A DNA stretch of 64,000 nucleotides, taken from positions 6,845,808 through 6,909,807 of the forward strand of contig CM082585.2 of NCBI GenBank assembly GCA_040954595.2, read 5' to 3'. Positions within the stretch are counted from its first letter, which is position 1. The number at the start of each line of letters is the position of its first letter. The notes beneath the pieces were generated by a model, which was not told the DNA's origin, made no database searches, and was given only the letters and a program-made list of their open reading frames with translations. Positions 14,201 through 27,644 of the stretch are shown piece after piece. The stretch comes from Balanoglossus misakiensis. Taxonomy: Eukaryota; Animalia; Hemichordata. A program made the position numbers and the translations under genes.

Positions 14201-17200
14201 ATTAAACTACCGCGCTCTTATTACGTTTCTGCCTTTTGGGCTATTAGCGAAGTTTTCTAAAGTCCGGGTGTATCTCCAATCGTTGGATTAGTTTTTTTTT
14301 TAGTTGCACATCCTGGCTTATGTTTGTCCTCTATTGTGCCCACATCCACACACGTCAAAAAAATAGCACGCCCTCATACCAGCATAATGGTTCATTCCTG
14401 GTAACAAAGCTGTTTTCAGTCTATTGTCAAGATTTTATTATCAGAAAGTAGTTTCAACCATATTTATTCTGGAATGTTGAATGATAGTATTAATCGACAA
14501 GGTCACTGAATATAACAATATACCGATACAGTTTTATGAATGTTGATAAGAAATCTAATTATTTAATCTGTGTACGTCTGTAGGATACCTTTTAAGTTCA
14601 CTGTGTACCAGACAAGACATATGCCGTGGGTCGACAAATAACTTGTTGTCGCGTGATACCGGAAATTGCATTCGCCGGATTGCTGTATCACGAGTTTGAT
14701 CTGTCGGCACCCATATGAAGTCTGGCGTTCAAACCAACAATTTGCTGGGCAGTTACGTAAATCGCTTAAAAAGTGACAGCTAAATTGAAACCCATTATGG
14801 TGTTCAGCGAGGTAATGCTACGAGTGCACCAGTCCTGCTCAAATTAAAACACGGTGACTAATATCCAGCGAGGTATACGAGTCATTTTTAAAGGTCAGAT
14901 TCGCTTGAACAAACGACAAATATTGACTTTTAGCAAAGCAAACTCTTGCTAGAGAGCCGCCGGTTTGGAAGTCGCTTCAAGCACACACACGTATATATGT
15001 ACACACCACATCATGGTTCAAATTGAAAGGACAGCTATGATCAACGTCACATGGGTCACCAGCTTAAATGGCATCTGTTGCAAGTCAACATGACTTTGAT
15101 TTGCTACTAAAAGTCATCCTCCCCAGGCGACTTTATTTTCCAGCTTATTAAACCAAGTGTATATTGTACCAGGATTTCTTTCGACAGTCATTGCCGTTGA
15201 TGTTGCATTGATTTACTTTGGCAATCAAAACTGTTTGTTTTGTTGACTGTCGTGTTTTCATGTTCCTTCGAGTGGAATGTGGACCACATCGCGGTTGAAT
15301 ACGCAAATGACATAAAAGGTGTTTAGAACTTCAAGTGCAGGTCGCTTGAATAGCAGCAGACAAAGTTTAGTGCGAAGACGTCATGTATAATCTTGTATCT
15401 GAAAAACCAGAATGTAACAAACCTGTTTGGAGTCAAACACCCAGGTTGAAATAACAGACTTAAACCTTCGTCATCGGTCTTTCAAGCATATAATCACTGC
15501 CTGTAGAACTACATTAAATATGTTCAAACGTAGACAGAGTCGGGGAAGGACGATATTGTCTGCCCAGACAGCGAAACTATCAACCGAAGCGGAAAAAAGG
15601 CGGAACAGATCGGCTGCTTTGAAGTGGATTGAATTCGAGGTTTCTGGTTACTGTTTCATAAGTTTGTTTTTCCTACATATAGAAATAATGCATGTGCCGC
15701 GCATCCGAACTACTCATGCATACACCACTCAAATTTACACGATACATTAAAGGTATACAGTCACCTCCAATTTACATACGCCCATATATGGCTGAAATGG
15801 CATATTTGAGTGTTCTAAAGAACTTATGGTGGCACTCTTTTTTTCACGTGTGCCATCCACTGAAAATCTGTGATTGGCTAGATCTCAATTTGCCATGGTA
15901 ACTCTAGCTAATTTTCCGCAGGTGACCCTATACCTTTAAGTATCAGCTGTTATGATCTATTTTCTGCCTTTAGTGAAGGCATGCATGGGTGACGTTTCAA
16001 CTTCAGAAAGATGAATTGATTTCCGTGATGAATATCTTAATGGAAATATAACACATGCCTCGAGTAAATAGTCTATGTCAACAGAGACTTTCTCGGAAAA
16101 AGCATGTCGAGACTATCCCTATTAGAAAGGTTCCCCCTAAGCACCATAATGAAACTTTTTTAGCTTGAAAGCCTATTCGAAAGGTCAACGCTTACTTGAC
16201 ATTTTCTTATGTAAACAGACTTACCGGAATATTTCATACGATTAGAACCCGAGACAGATCTGTAGCTAGTTCACGTAGCCAGTCACTTAGGATTTGTGAC
16301 ATAGTGAGTATAAAGCAAATTGAACTACATGTATGTTATTATAATTATGAGCGGGCGTCATCACATGTACGTTCCCAGTTTTAATAAACAGACACATGTA
16401 CTAGATGCTGCCATACCAAACATCCAAAGGGTTTTACAATGAACGTCCGGAACTCCGGATATAAAAAAAGCTTGAAATTATGAGAGTAGCAACTTCATAT
16501 GTTTAATACATGTATTTCTCACAGACTGGGCATGGGCATTTATGGGGTAATTGTAAAGTTGTACTGAACTGTGATTTATCAGGTTTGATATATAGTTAGG
16601 ACAAGTTTACGACTTGTCATGCCATGATTTCGCTTAAAGTTATATTTTTTATGATTCTTGCGTGTTGAAGGATGTCAGTGATTTGACGAATGTCTGTTCG
16701 CGTCGTGACCGACATCCCGCTGCTAAATTCGTGCTCATCGCAGTTAGAGCGAGTTCAAATGAAGGACTTTGTCACAAATTAGACATTTGCTCTCTGAAAT
16801 TTTTTAGTTAATCTCAAGGGAGTTGAAATCACTCTGGCATTTTGCTGTCAGGTTTACAATTCAGGGTACAGCAACATTTGGGGTGACCCACTTTAACTCT
16901 TTGAATGCAACGTTTATAACTTGGACATGTCCTCAGTCACAATTTGAGAAAAAATTATTGGGATTTATTTTGGACAGATGACGACAAGTTGACTAAGGCG
17001 TTGAAAGGCTTAATAACAAATAATTAAATTGACGTTTAAATAAATGTTTGTAATCTGTGAAACCTTTGCAATTCATAAATTTATTGACAGAGTTCGTGGG
17101 GGATTTTATCGTGCACATGTATCTGCCACGCACACGCCTACCTCAATTAACGTTTAGTATCGAACCGATGTAAGAAAGAGGATTTAGTGCCAAGAGCAAT

Positions 17201-20200
17201 GACGCGGTATAAGGAACATGTTGGTTGATCAGTACCGACGGGGACACTATACCACCTTAACCTTCCTTCTGCCCTTGTTAAGAAAAACAAATCTGACACA
17301 GTCACTGATGGGAGATGTGTTGTTTTCTGGAAATGAAACATCAGGTTGTCAACTTAATTCACAGTGAAAGGGATTTCTAATGACCCATTAAGCTTCTGCT
17401 GCGTGTGAAATCTGTTGACTGTTTCGACGGGAAGTGAGCACCTTCCGACTGCTATGACTTTTATCGCATAATGTTGACAGGTGAACGGAAACGCTTCATC
17501 TGAGATTTGAGAAGTCGTTGTGTGTACAAAAGCAGGTGCCCTAATTGATTACTTATCTGCCGAGAAATCTGAAGTAGACAATGTAAGATAATCGTATGGA
17601 ATTTAATGCGAGCAGTGTTAGAGAGCTTATTTCTTGTACACACGTGGTTGTATTTGACGGTTGTGATTGCTATTCCAGCTGTCCTCTCCTGACTATATTC
17701 TGCATCCGTACATCGGGTAAAGGAATTTGGAAGAAAAAGTGGGGCGTGAAACTAGTCACTTGTAAAAAATGATTCGTTATTGATGATATATCGCTTTCCG
17801 TTTTCAAATGGTAGCTCAGCGCTTGCTATAAAAAGAGATATTGACAAAGAATCACTACGACTGGTCGATAAGTGTCAGTTGCAGTTCCCGATGAAAGAAA
17901 CTGGGTTTCCATCTTTCCCACACGGAAAGGAACGTACATGTCAGTTGGCATATACATGTAACTTAAGTCAGCAAGTTCACCTCGAGGTTAATTTGTAAAA
18001 ATGGCCAGCACGTTAATAATGCGCACTGCAAAATAGTACCGCGTTTCATTTGTAGTTCTTCGAGCGCATAAATTTTGTAAGAAATCCAGATGTGCGAAGT
18101 ACAGCTTTCCTCATTTAAATTACCGTCAAATTCTCTGCGGTCGCCTGATGGGTTATTTTTAGTGGGAAAGTGAATCGCTTAAACGAGTAAGGAGATAAAT
18201 CAAAGAGAACGCAGGTGTTGCACCCAAAGAAAAACTAACCATCCATGGAGCTAGGGTCTGTGTGATCGCAAATAATAATTTCCACGTGGAAATGATGCCT
18301 GTAACCCATAAAGCAAAAGTCACAATGGTGCAGGAATGAGTTGAGTGTTCTGTGAATAACTGTCATTCAAAATTTGTTTTGTGTTAATGGGACTTACCAC
18401 ACACTGTCTCATTGGGATTGCGTTCAGAAATCTAACATAACAACTTCAGGTGCCCGTGACCAACAGTTTATATTAGCACATCTATTATGTTGTACCTTTC
18501 ATGTTAACTTAATGAAGTTAGTTTTAAATATTTAACGTCTCTTTTGTTACACAACCAGTTGGCTTGTTACTTTTGGAATGATCAGACGATAGATAAACTT
18601 GAGTCCATCATTCTAGACAAATGTACAGTTGCAGTGACTTAATCATCTTAGGATGCTAGCAACCTTTAATAGCCTTTCAAAACCTCATGCAGCACCACTT
18701 AGCAAGAGTTTAATGCCAAGTTTATGCTACTTTACATCTGTGGTTTGACTCTGCGCCGAAGTATTAGGAGGGCCGAAGAGCCCTTTAGGCTACATTGCTG
18801 TAAAATGATAACGTTCTTACTCGGCGCAAATGAGGCGTTAGTGTACGTTGCCATGGTCACATCGATGGCTGTTGAGAGCACTTAGACAAGCGAGGGCGCC
18901 GGCCCGGAGCCGTGGCGATCAGTGGACCATCCCAAACACAACAATTATGCCACTTAATTGAGCCTAATCCACATTTGAACATGGCAGCCAGCTCATGATG
19001 AACGTGAAGTACCATCTCAATATGCTGTGTGTGGTCGGCTCAGAGCTATAATAGCAAACTATAAGACAGTACACCAACTATTGAAACTTCTTTCGTTTTC
19101 TGTTAAAAAGTTGTACATGTAATTGGAAAAAGGGCACCTGTAGATCTCAGTTCCCAATTATCAAAAAGAAATTATCCACTACACACCTAAGGGCAGATGC
19201 ATTCATACCATGATAGGGTTGCACAGTAATAACCCGAGCGAGACCAAGGTTATCTCTTACTTTACAATTAATGAGGGCTCTGGTAACCAAACCTGGATGA
19301 CTGTGCTGAAAGGCATCTGTTGATAATTAGTCTGACGAGCATATTTCTGTTCCTGATCATGACAATGACACAGTTACATATTGATAACATACAGCAGCCT
19401 AATGTGGTACCTAATGGTGAGTCTGTCTGTCTTTGGCATATAGGTATATGTCAGTTAGAGCAAAGAAGAGATTTGAAATGTAATCTCAGGACTAGGGAGG
19501 GATTATCACAAATCATCGAGAATTCAGAGATGCCTCCAAATATCTCTTTAGGAGCAGCAAAAAGTCATTGTTTGCAGCAACACTTACTGTGTGCTTTCGT
19601 TTTTACCCACTAGTATCTAATGAACTCCAAAACGTAACACTCGATCTTGAGAGGCACGTGTTGTGCTATGCCATTTGGCAAAAAACTTCCATACTAAGGT
19701 GTCCAGGCTATCGACGAAATTCTTGTAGACTCGGGAATGACATTTCGTAACTTCACCTAAAATAACTTTTACGTTTTAGGCCGTAACGTGAAGTGTTCAA
19801 ACATTAGAAGAGAATACTGCAGTTGTCAAACTCATATAGGGGTAAAAAAAAAGTTGTTTGTCTGACAACCTTGGAAGCATTAGAGCTTTAAAATTGTCAG
19901 GTGTGAAATGGTCGACCAAGCTGTTTAGGGTACGAAACACGCGAGAAGACTTAACAGTGGATTTCATTTATACAATAAGCACCGGATTTGTTAAGTCGTG
20001 TGACAAACTTACCCTGCTAAAGTAGCATAAAGCCTGCTTTTCGACAGCAGCCAAAAATACCTTATGACGTCTTTGCAAAAGAAAAGAAAATACCAAAGGC
20101 AACTTCGGGAGGTTCTAATATCTTGATATTGATTCAAAAGTCATGGCTCTATGCACCTGGTTGCCATACATAGTCGTCATGGCAACGGTATCGTGATCTT

Positions 20201-23200
20201 CAGACAAGGGATTACACCGTTGCAGAGATTCCGGGAGCTCTGGGAATTCTAACTAATCCATTCTCCTGTTCCCCCATCTTGCATTCCCCCGGAAAGCTAT
20301 CTATAAAGAATCAAGCTGCGGGCTGATTGGAAGGTCTACAATGAACTACTTACAGGAAGTGAAAAACATTGTAGTTGTCAAGGCCGGTGTGTCATGTAGA
20401 TGCAGGATACAAGCACAGAAAGAGCCACACCCACGGGCTCAGGGCAGGAATTTCCAGTACAATGAGAACCATTGTCATCCTCGAAATAAAAGCATGAGGC
20501 GTAAGTGTACTTTTAACTATGAGGTAGTATGCGCCAGTGGGCACAGATTTTCAGAGAAACGCTAGTCCTCCAAACATATTCCTTGCTATATTAAAGCGTG
20601 TGAGGAGTCTTTTTGAAAACGAAGAAGAAAACCGGGTGTTCACCGTCGTTTTTTCATGACGTCGTTTTTTCAATCGCTTTTTTAAATTTTGAATTTCAGT
20701 TTTGAGGCGATTTGAGATGCTTTTGCACTAATCATTCTAAATTTTGCGCAGTGACCCCTATGAATTCTAAGAATTTAAAGGGAATTATCCTCATTTGCCT
20801 TGAGCGAAATATGAGAACAATGTTAAAGTACTTTTTGAGACATACATGTATGCTACCTTAAAAGGATTATTTACATACTAGTAAAATGCAATTAGTCGCT
20901 TCCTCTTCCGACGTGGGAGAGATCTAAAGGCGGGGTTTAATACCTACATAATCCATGACGTATATTAACATTTAAACCAAAAAAGCATGAAAGAAGTCCT
21001 TGCCTGGGAGCAATATGTACCTAATTTGTCACTTGATTGTATTTCTGTGTAAAGTCCTCATACACAGAGATCAGTGCGTTTCGTAGAATTGGCACTCTTC
21101 CTTCTGTTTCCACAAAGCGAAACATTGTGGTATATCACCAACAAATAGATGGAGCTTATAGTCCATATTTTGCAGCAGTTGTTTCAAATGGTTTAGTTTG
21201 ACCAGTTGACAGAAAGATACAATATCTTCCTGCTAATTATTTTTATAACACGTACATGAACAATATTAGGATATTAGTTTGTTTGTGATTGGTTTGCGAA
21301 GCTTTGGCAGTTTCCTGCCATGAGGCAGCATATTTGAATGTGCCATGCAATTTGATTAGCCTCGGTGTAAATGAATTGTGTTCATGTAAGTCTAGATTCG
21401 GGTTAACGCCCAATCAATCCTTTCGCAGGTGAATGCCTCGGAATCATTTCTTTTTATTTTAAAACATTTATGTTTTGTCAGGTGCAATTTGCATTATTTA
21501 TACAAAGAAAATGCAGCCCAATTTATCCACACTTCCGTTAATATAAAATATATCTTCCAAGGTTGTTCTTTCAGCCGCAAGTATGCATCCTTGCACTTTG
21601 CGTTGAAAAACTGCACCCCAGTGAACTGCCACCAATTGTGACTAGCACGGATGGCAGACAAGGGTACTTTGCTTGTTTTCAACAAACATGAAAACACTTC
21701 AGGGGAAACTGTTTAAATGGCACACACTTTCAACTCATTGACATTTACAGGACCCAATAGCTTCGTGCAGATGCTTGCAGGTGAATTTGAGAAACCGGAG
21801 ATAGAAACATGTTTTTTTAAAATGTCATTTCCTTTTTGTATACCTGTAACTAAAAATGTAATACGAGTACTAATACTGTTAAATTGAGCCTTCTCAAGGC
21901 TTGATTTTTCACGTTTACTGTGAAATTATTCTTTATATTTCAAATCACCAGTCTCTTGTCATCCATTTGTATTTTGCTTGTAGAAAATACCCTGTTAGAT
22001 AAATCTTATAAGTAATGATTGATTGAAGCCATGTATTTCAAGAATATGCTAGTTAAAGGCACGTAAGCTGCAACTGGATAAAAAATCAATGTTTTAAATA
22101 ATCTCATATATGCTTTTAATTATATCTATTAAAGGCTATTTCATGATAATATATCAAGCTCAACACTTATTTATGACAAAATGGCCAAAAATTAAAGAAA
22201 AACGAAAATTCCTGAAATTTTTAAAAAAGTGCTATATTGCAATGAAAAATGAAAATCTGATGTCTCAGTGGTGTACATTTACTTCCATGAGCTCAAGTGG
22301 ATGAGATCATGTTTTGTTTATGAAGTTTCACAACCGGAAATGCGACATTTTCATTGTTTCTTTCATTTTCCCACGGTGGCGGCCATAATCGCTTGCGGCA
22401 AAGCTTTATTATTTATCTGGTTAAAACTTGCATATTCACTCATATTTAGGGTTTATAATGCTTGTGTATAGTTCACTGCCTTCATCTGCATGGACTAATG
22501 GTAGTGCAGTGTGAAACAAAAATTATGAAAATTATCCCAAAAGTTACAGCTTACGTGCCTTTAACAAACTTGCAATTTCCAAATTGTTTGATTCCGTTGC
22601 AGTTTTGACTACCGAAAATAACCAGAAAGTGTGTTTTAATTTTAAAAAGGTGGAAAGTCCCATGCGTGCGGAGTACGTGATGTGTCCTTCTGAACCTTTG
22701 TGTGAGAGGTTGGCCTCTAAAATCGATGTACTCCATGCAGAAAGCAAGTTTTGTCCGTGGCGAATTAATTGATTTTCGATTGAACAGGGTCGATGATAAG
22801 CTGAAGCGAATAGATCTTAGGATTTTAAACATTTTAAACATAGTATTCTGTTCATATGTGGAAAGCATTGTGACAAGTGAACGACTTCACATGTAACTGA
22901 TAGTCTGCCAACCAAAGTACTGTACAGTATCAAGATTTTTGTGCGTTTTCAGATGGAGTAGGTATTACCGATTCGATTCACGTAGTATTACCTTTCCTGT
23001 TTGCGTTAATCCCAAGATAATACGGAGCATTTAAATTACTGCGGCCAAGGCCTAGCGTTAATACTCTGTAATACACAATACTTTTACTTTTTAAGGCAAA
23101 AGTAACTCTTATCTTTAGTTTCTGTAATTGACACCCAAGAGCTAATCTGTACGAGCATGTTTTTTTCTCTCTTCGCAATAAAATATGTGGCGAAACGGTA

Positions 23201-26200
23201 GTTGTTAAAATGTGAAACGCCTACAATTTCACAGAGGTGACAGAAGAAATGCAACCCGGTCATCTTTTCCTCAGAAACGCCAATTATTTGTCTGGAAGAT
23301 ATCTCGTTATGATCAAATGTCATGTTTTTAACCATATCCAGGATTTAATAAGGCTGTGCAATGCACATGCGTCTGCACATGTTTCAATCAATTGCCGACG
23401 TAATGGGCACACAGTGCCGACCACACCTGAAAAATCACACCTCTGTATCTCGCCACTTTCCAAGAGATAAAATAGTACCTTCAGATATACCGGTATGTAC
23501 CGTACAGCTCCCCATACATGCTTTTAGTAAATGCCGTTTCGTGACAATTACTGATTTTGTGGCATTTTTCTGTATAGCGCAAAGCATTGAGGCAAGAATT
23601 TTGTGAGCATTTTGTCGAGCGAATACGGGTAGATGTGGTGTCGAAGTAGCGAGCAGTCATTTAAATATTTCATGACTGAAGAAGCTTTCAGTGATTAGTG
23701 GATTAAGCCGCAGGAATCGGGAGTCGTATCTCTCAAATCCACCTGTCCTCGGGCAAGGTACCGCATTAGCAACTGCGACATTTGAAACAAAAATCACCTG
23801 TAATGTCGTCAGTACCCCCATTGTACATAATTGGTCTCTGCTTTCAAGTTACGCCTTATCATAGAGTCAGTCGAATAGTGTTCCAGTGATGTTTTATTCA
23901 TGTTGGGTATTAAGAACTTCTCAAGGCCAAAAGTGACACGTCCCCTACTTTGAACTGTTAAGGGTAACATGTTGCAGTTTGGATATATAAACCATTACTG
24001 CGGGAGAGTTACTAAGGTTCACTTGCATGTAGAGAGGACTATGTAACCAACATGAATATTCAATATAAATTAGTGATTTATAAGGGAGCATGTATTGTAC
24101 ATGTACACTCTTAATAGCTCAAATTTTGGTGCATAAACAATTGAAGTCTTTCTATCTGATATGTGTTCATTTGCATATATAATGAAATGGAATTATGAAC
24201 CATTTCTTGGGATAAGATAATATGGATTAAGATATTTCGTTACTGCTTCCCAGCTTTCCCCTAATGGTCTCTCTGTTATTATCGGATGGCTGATATTAAT
24301 ACCAGGATAAAGCAGAGTATGAATGTACATGTACAATCATACAGTGAAAGGAATATTCTATCCTGTATGCTTAATCTGTCTGCATGCATGGTTAAAAGCA
24401 TTAAGGGATTAAACTGATAGAAGTCCCCAGGTTGCATGCGACATAAGAGTCCTCATAGTAGCTGTTACAATGGAAACTTGAAGTCTGTGACCGTTTGAAC
24501 AGGATGTCTGAGTCGCAAAACAGGGTCATTGATTGACTGGTTGTGGCATCGCACAAAATCAAAAAAGGGCAGTGATGAGGAATGGAATATCAGACGTCTG
24601 CGACTGGTGCTGAGACAGTTGATCTGAAACGGAGAAAAGAGTTAATGGTGTCCAGCCTTTGCACCATCTGAACCGTCACCAACCTCCGTTGAATACCTCG
24701 CCCAAGTAGATAACTGATACTTCAAAAGTGCTCGCATCCTAAATTGTGTCTCCATGCTAAAATGCAGTACGCTAGGGGTACGTTACACTCAGGTCTGGAT
24801 AAAGGAACACTTTCGAAATCCTATAGAAAGTCCTTCTGTGTACAAGTATTAGTTTCCTACTATAAATGCAACACTTATACCTATAGTTATACTGTAGAAG
24901 GGACACTTTTAAAGTCACACTAATTGGTTGCAGTTAACACGGCAAGTTGGAAATATTGAAGGAGGGCCGGTTATAATATCCGGATTATAAAGGGACGCTT
25001 TGGAGACAAGAAGACACTTTTGAAGCCATACTAATTGGTTCTTTATGACACTGCAAGTTGGAAATATTAATGTCAAACACATAATACCAAGACTACAAAG
25101 GAACCATTTTTGAAGTGTTATTAATTAGGGGCGCACGCGCACTGGACTTGGGCCCCTATTGGTCGGTTTTATTTCTTTCTGCGTGTGTCATACATGTAGG
25201 AGATAGTGGATCAGGAGAATAATTTCAGGACTTCGTTTGCTTTCACAAGAAACATTCAAATCAGCAAGATATGGATAATGCGGCCAAAATGGTGATACTA
25301 CTGTGCAGGGCAGTTATGATATAGATGTATGTTCATATATACCTACATATATACAAAAAATGTATTTTTATCAGTATTAGGTAAAAAGACAAGTTATAAC
25401 AAAGCAAAGTCGCATAAAATAATTGCGATAAGAAGGCCAAAACATGGCTACCATCTTGCCTACATTCTGATTACTTGTAAAATGGTACTGAATCAACATA
25501 CATGTAGAAAGTTGGGGCACAATTTTCAGTTCAGAGCTATTGCTTAGAACAGTGGGGGCTCCTGTACATTTAAATTTGGGGAGAGGAGCGACCTTTTATC
25601 GCGGAGAAATGTCACACACGTCTTGCCTCGTTTGTTTCACGTATCAGCGGATAAAACTCGATTACTTTTTTCTCTCGCCGACCGTTTCCAATGTACTTAC
25701 AAAAGCATCTGATAAGAACTGTGACGCGCCTTAGTCTGAAGGGAATTGTTAGCCGTCTCTCTGCTCTTAATGAATTTCCCGTTTCAATTAGGTCTCCGCA
25801 TTACATTGATGAAAATTCACGCACATTTATGACAAATTAAATTTATTCGAAGCACGTTTTCTTCACAAACATAGAAGCCGTTGATGACGGTAACTTGCTT
25901 TCCGGAGTATCAGTGAAAAATCAGGAAAATCCCAAAGGCTCACACATCCTGCAGGAACCCACAGTATAGAGGTTATACAGTCTAGCATAATATAATTAAG
26001 TATGCAGCTCCATTCTCAGCTCTGCAGTATCTGGCATATTATGACTTCTTTCCTGGAAAGTCGGGACAGTTGTGATGTGAAAATGGTGAATATGACCCTG
26101 GAATTCTTGTGAGGCTTTATAAATACATGATGAAACGTAAGAGAGTGTTAATTGCTTGCACGAAACGGAATGCGACATGTGATGTACAAGAGATACAAAA

Positions 26201-27644
26201 CTAGATTTTGCCATGATGAAGTGAATGTGCCTTGGCCTGGAGCTTTAAAGGTACATGTACATTGTATACGGTCACCTCTATTTTACATATGCCTATATAT
26301 GGTCAAAAGGGCATGGCTAAGTGCTCAAATGACTATGTGGTGGCACACTTTTTTTTCATGTGTCCACCCACTGTAAAGCTGTGATTGGTGATATTTTGCA
26401 TAGCGGAATGTATACCTTTAAGTGAGATGCTGATCGTTGATGTGACATATATAAGGTGAAAAGTTAACACACTGGCCAGAAACAATATTGCGTGGACAAG
26501 GTGCCTTCTCAACAGTAGACATCTAAAAGCAATTTGCTGAACTGACGTTTCGCTGATTGAAAATGTTATCACATTTCCAGTCAAACGTAACTTATTTAGT
26601 ATCGCATTGCTTTACATCACCAAAGAACGTAAAGGAATACAGACATCTCTGATTGATATATATACATGTTTGGCTGAAGGGTATGTCTAACTCTCAGTTT
26701 TCTAATGACTATGTGTTGGTGTTATTTTTCGCATGGATGCCCAGTGAAAATCAGTGGCTGGCTAGATTCAACTTTCCATGGTAACTATGGCTAAATTTGA
26801 CTGAACCGGTATACCTTTTAATCAAGATCTTGGTTGAAAGGGGTGTCAGGAAGGTTCCAAGCCGAAAGCAATTACATTAATGGTCCACAGCGTTTCAGAG
26901 TGCGTAATTATATACTCTATTTTCCTGTGGTTCTGTATCGGGTAGCCAGACACATCCACACATCTTTTTCTGAAAATGATGTATAGTCAGCACCCAGCAA
27001 AACATATGTTCGTGAGCAATACATTTATCAGTTGAAATACATCAGCCATTAAAAATCATGGAAAATTAAATAATGCAGGTTTTGTATAACAAATGACAAA
27101 ATGTAAAATCATTTTCTGGCATTGAAAAATTAATTTTTTTTTGTATACCCCGGTAGATGAGTTTTAAAGTATAAATTCTATGACTCCAATAATACCGCCT
27201 TTAGCACTTTTCTTTGGACAGCTGCTGAAAAAAGAAGACTGCTTTCATTTCGACTTGTTCTTTCGACACGGACATCTCCAGTTTGGCCAATTGTGTACGG
27301 CTTACCTGCTGGAGGAAAATGACCGTGGGACACATCACCCTGCCGAATATCCAGTGACCCAGCATGATTGTCGGGAAGGTGAAGGGCATGCAGAAAACGG
27401 CGATCAACAAATCGGCCACGGCCAGGTTCACCAGGAAGGCCCTCAACTCGCACCGCGTCGCTTTCCCATTGATGAGCACGCAGAGCACGATGATGTTGCC
27501 GCTGATGGACAGCACCATGTTGAACGTGAAAGTGCAGATGAGCGTTACTTGGCTCTCGTAGGAGAACGCCAGGTCGTAGTAATCCCCGGAGAAGTTTGTT
27601 CCGTTGGGCGGCGAGTCGAAGAGAGAATATTCGTGCCCTTCCAT
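11035..27644 (-). CDS. Same neuropeptide GPCR, isoform B using proximal exon 1B, 404 aa
   Basis: Join of 27644-27306, 13891-13490, 12040-11825 and 11292-11035. The junction ...CPTVIFLQQ|VSVIVSICTLTAVGIDRY restores the canonical C3.25-R3.50 spacing of TM3. Confidence 0.9.
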
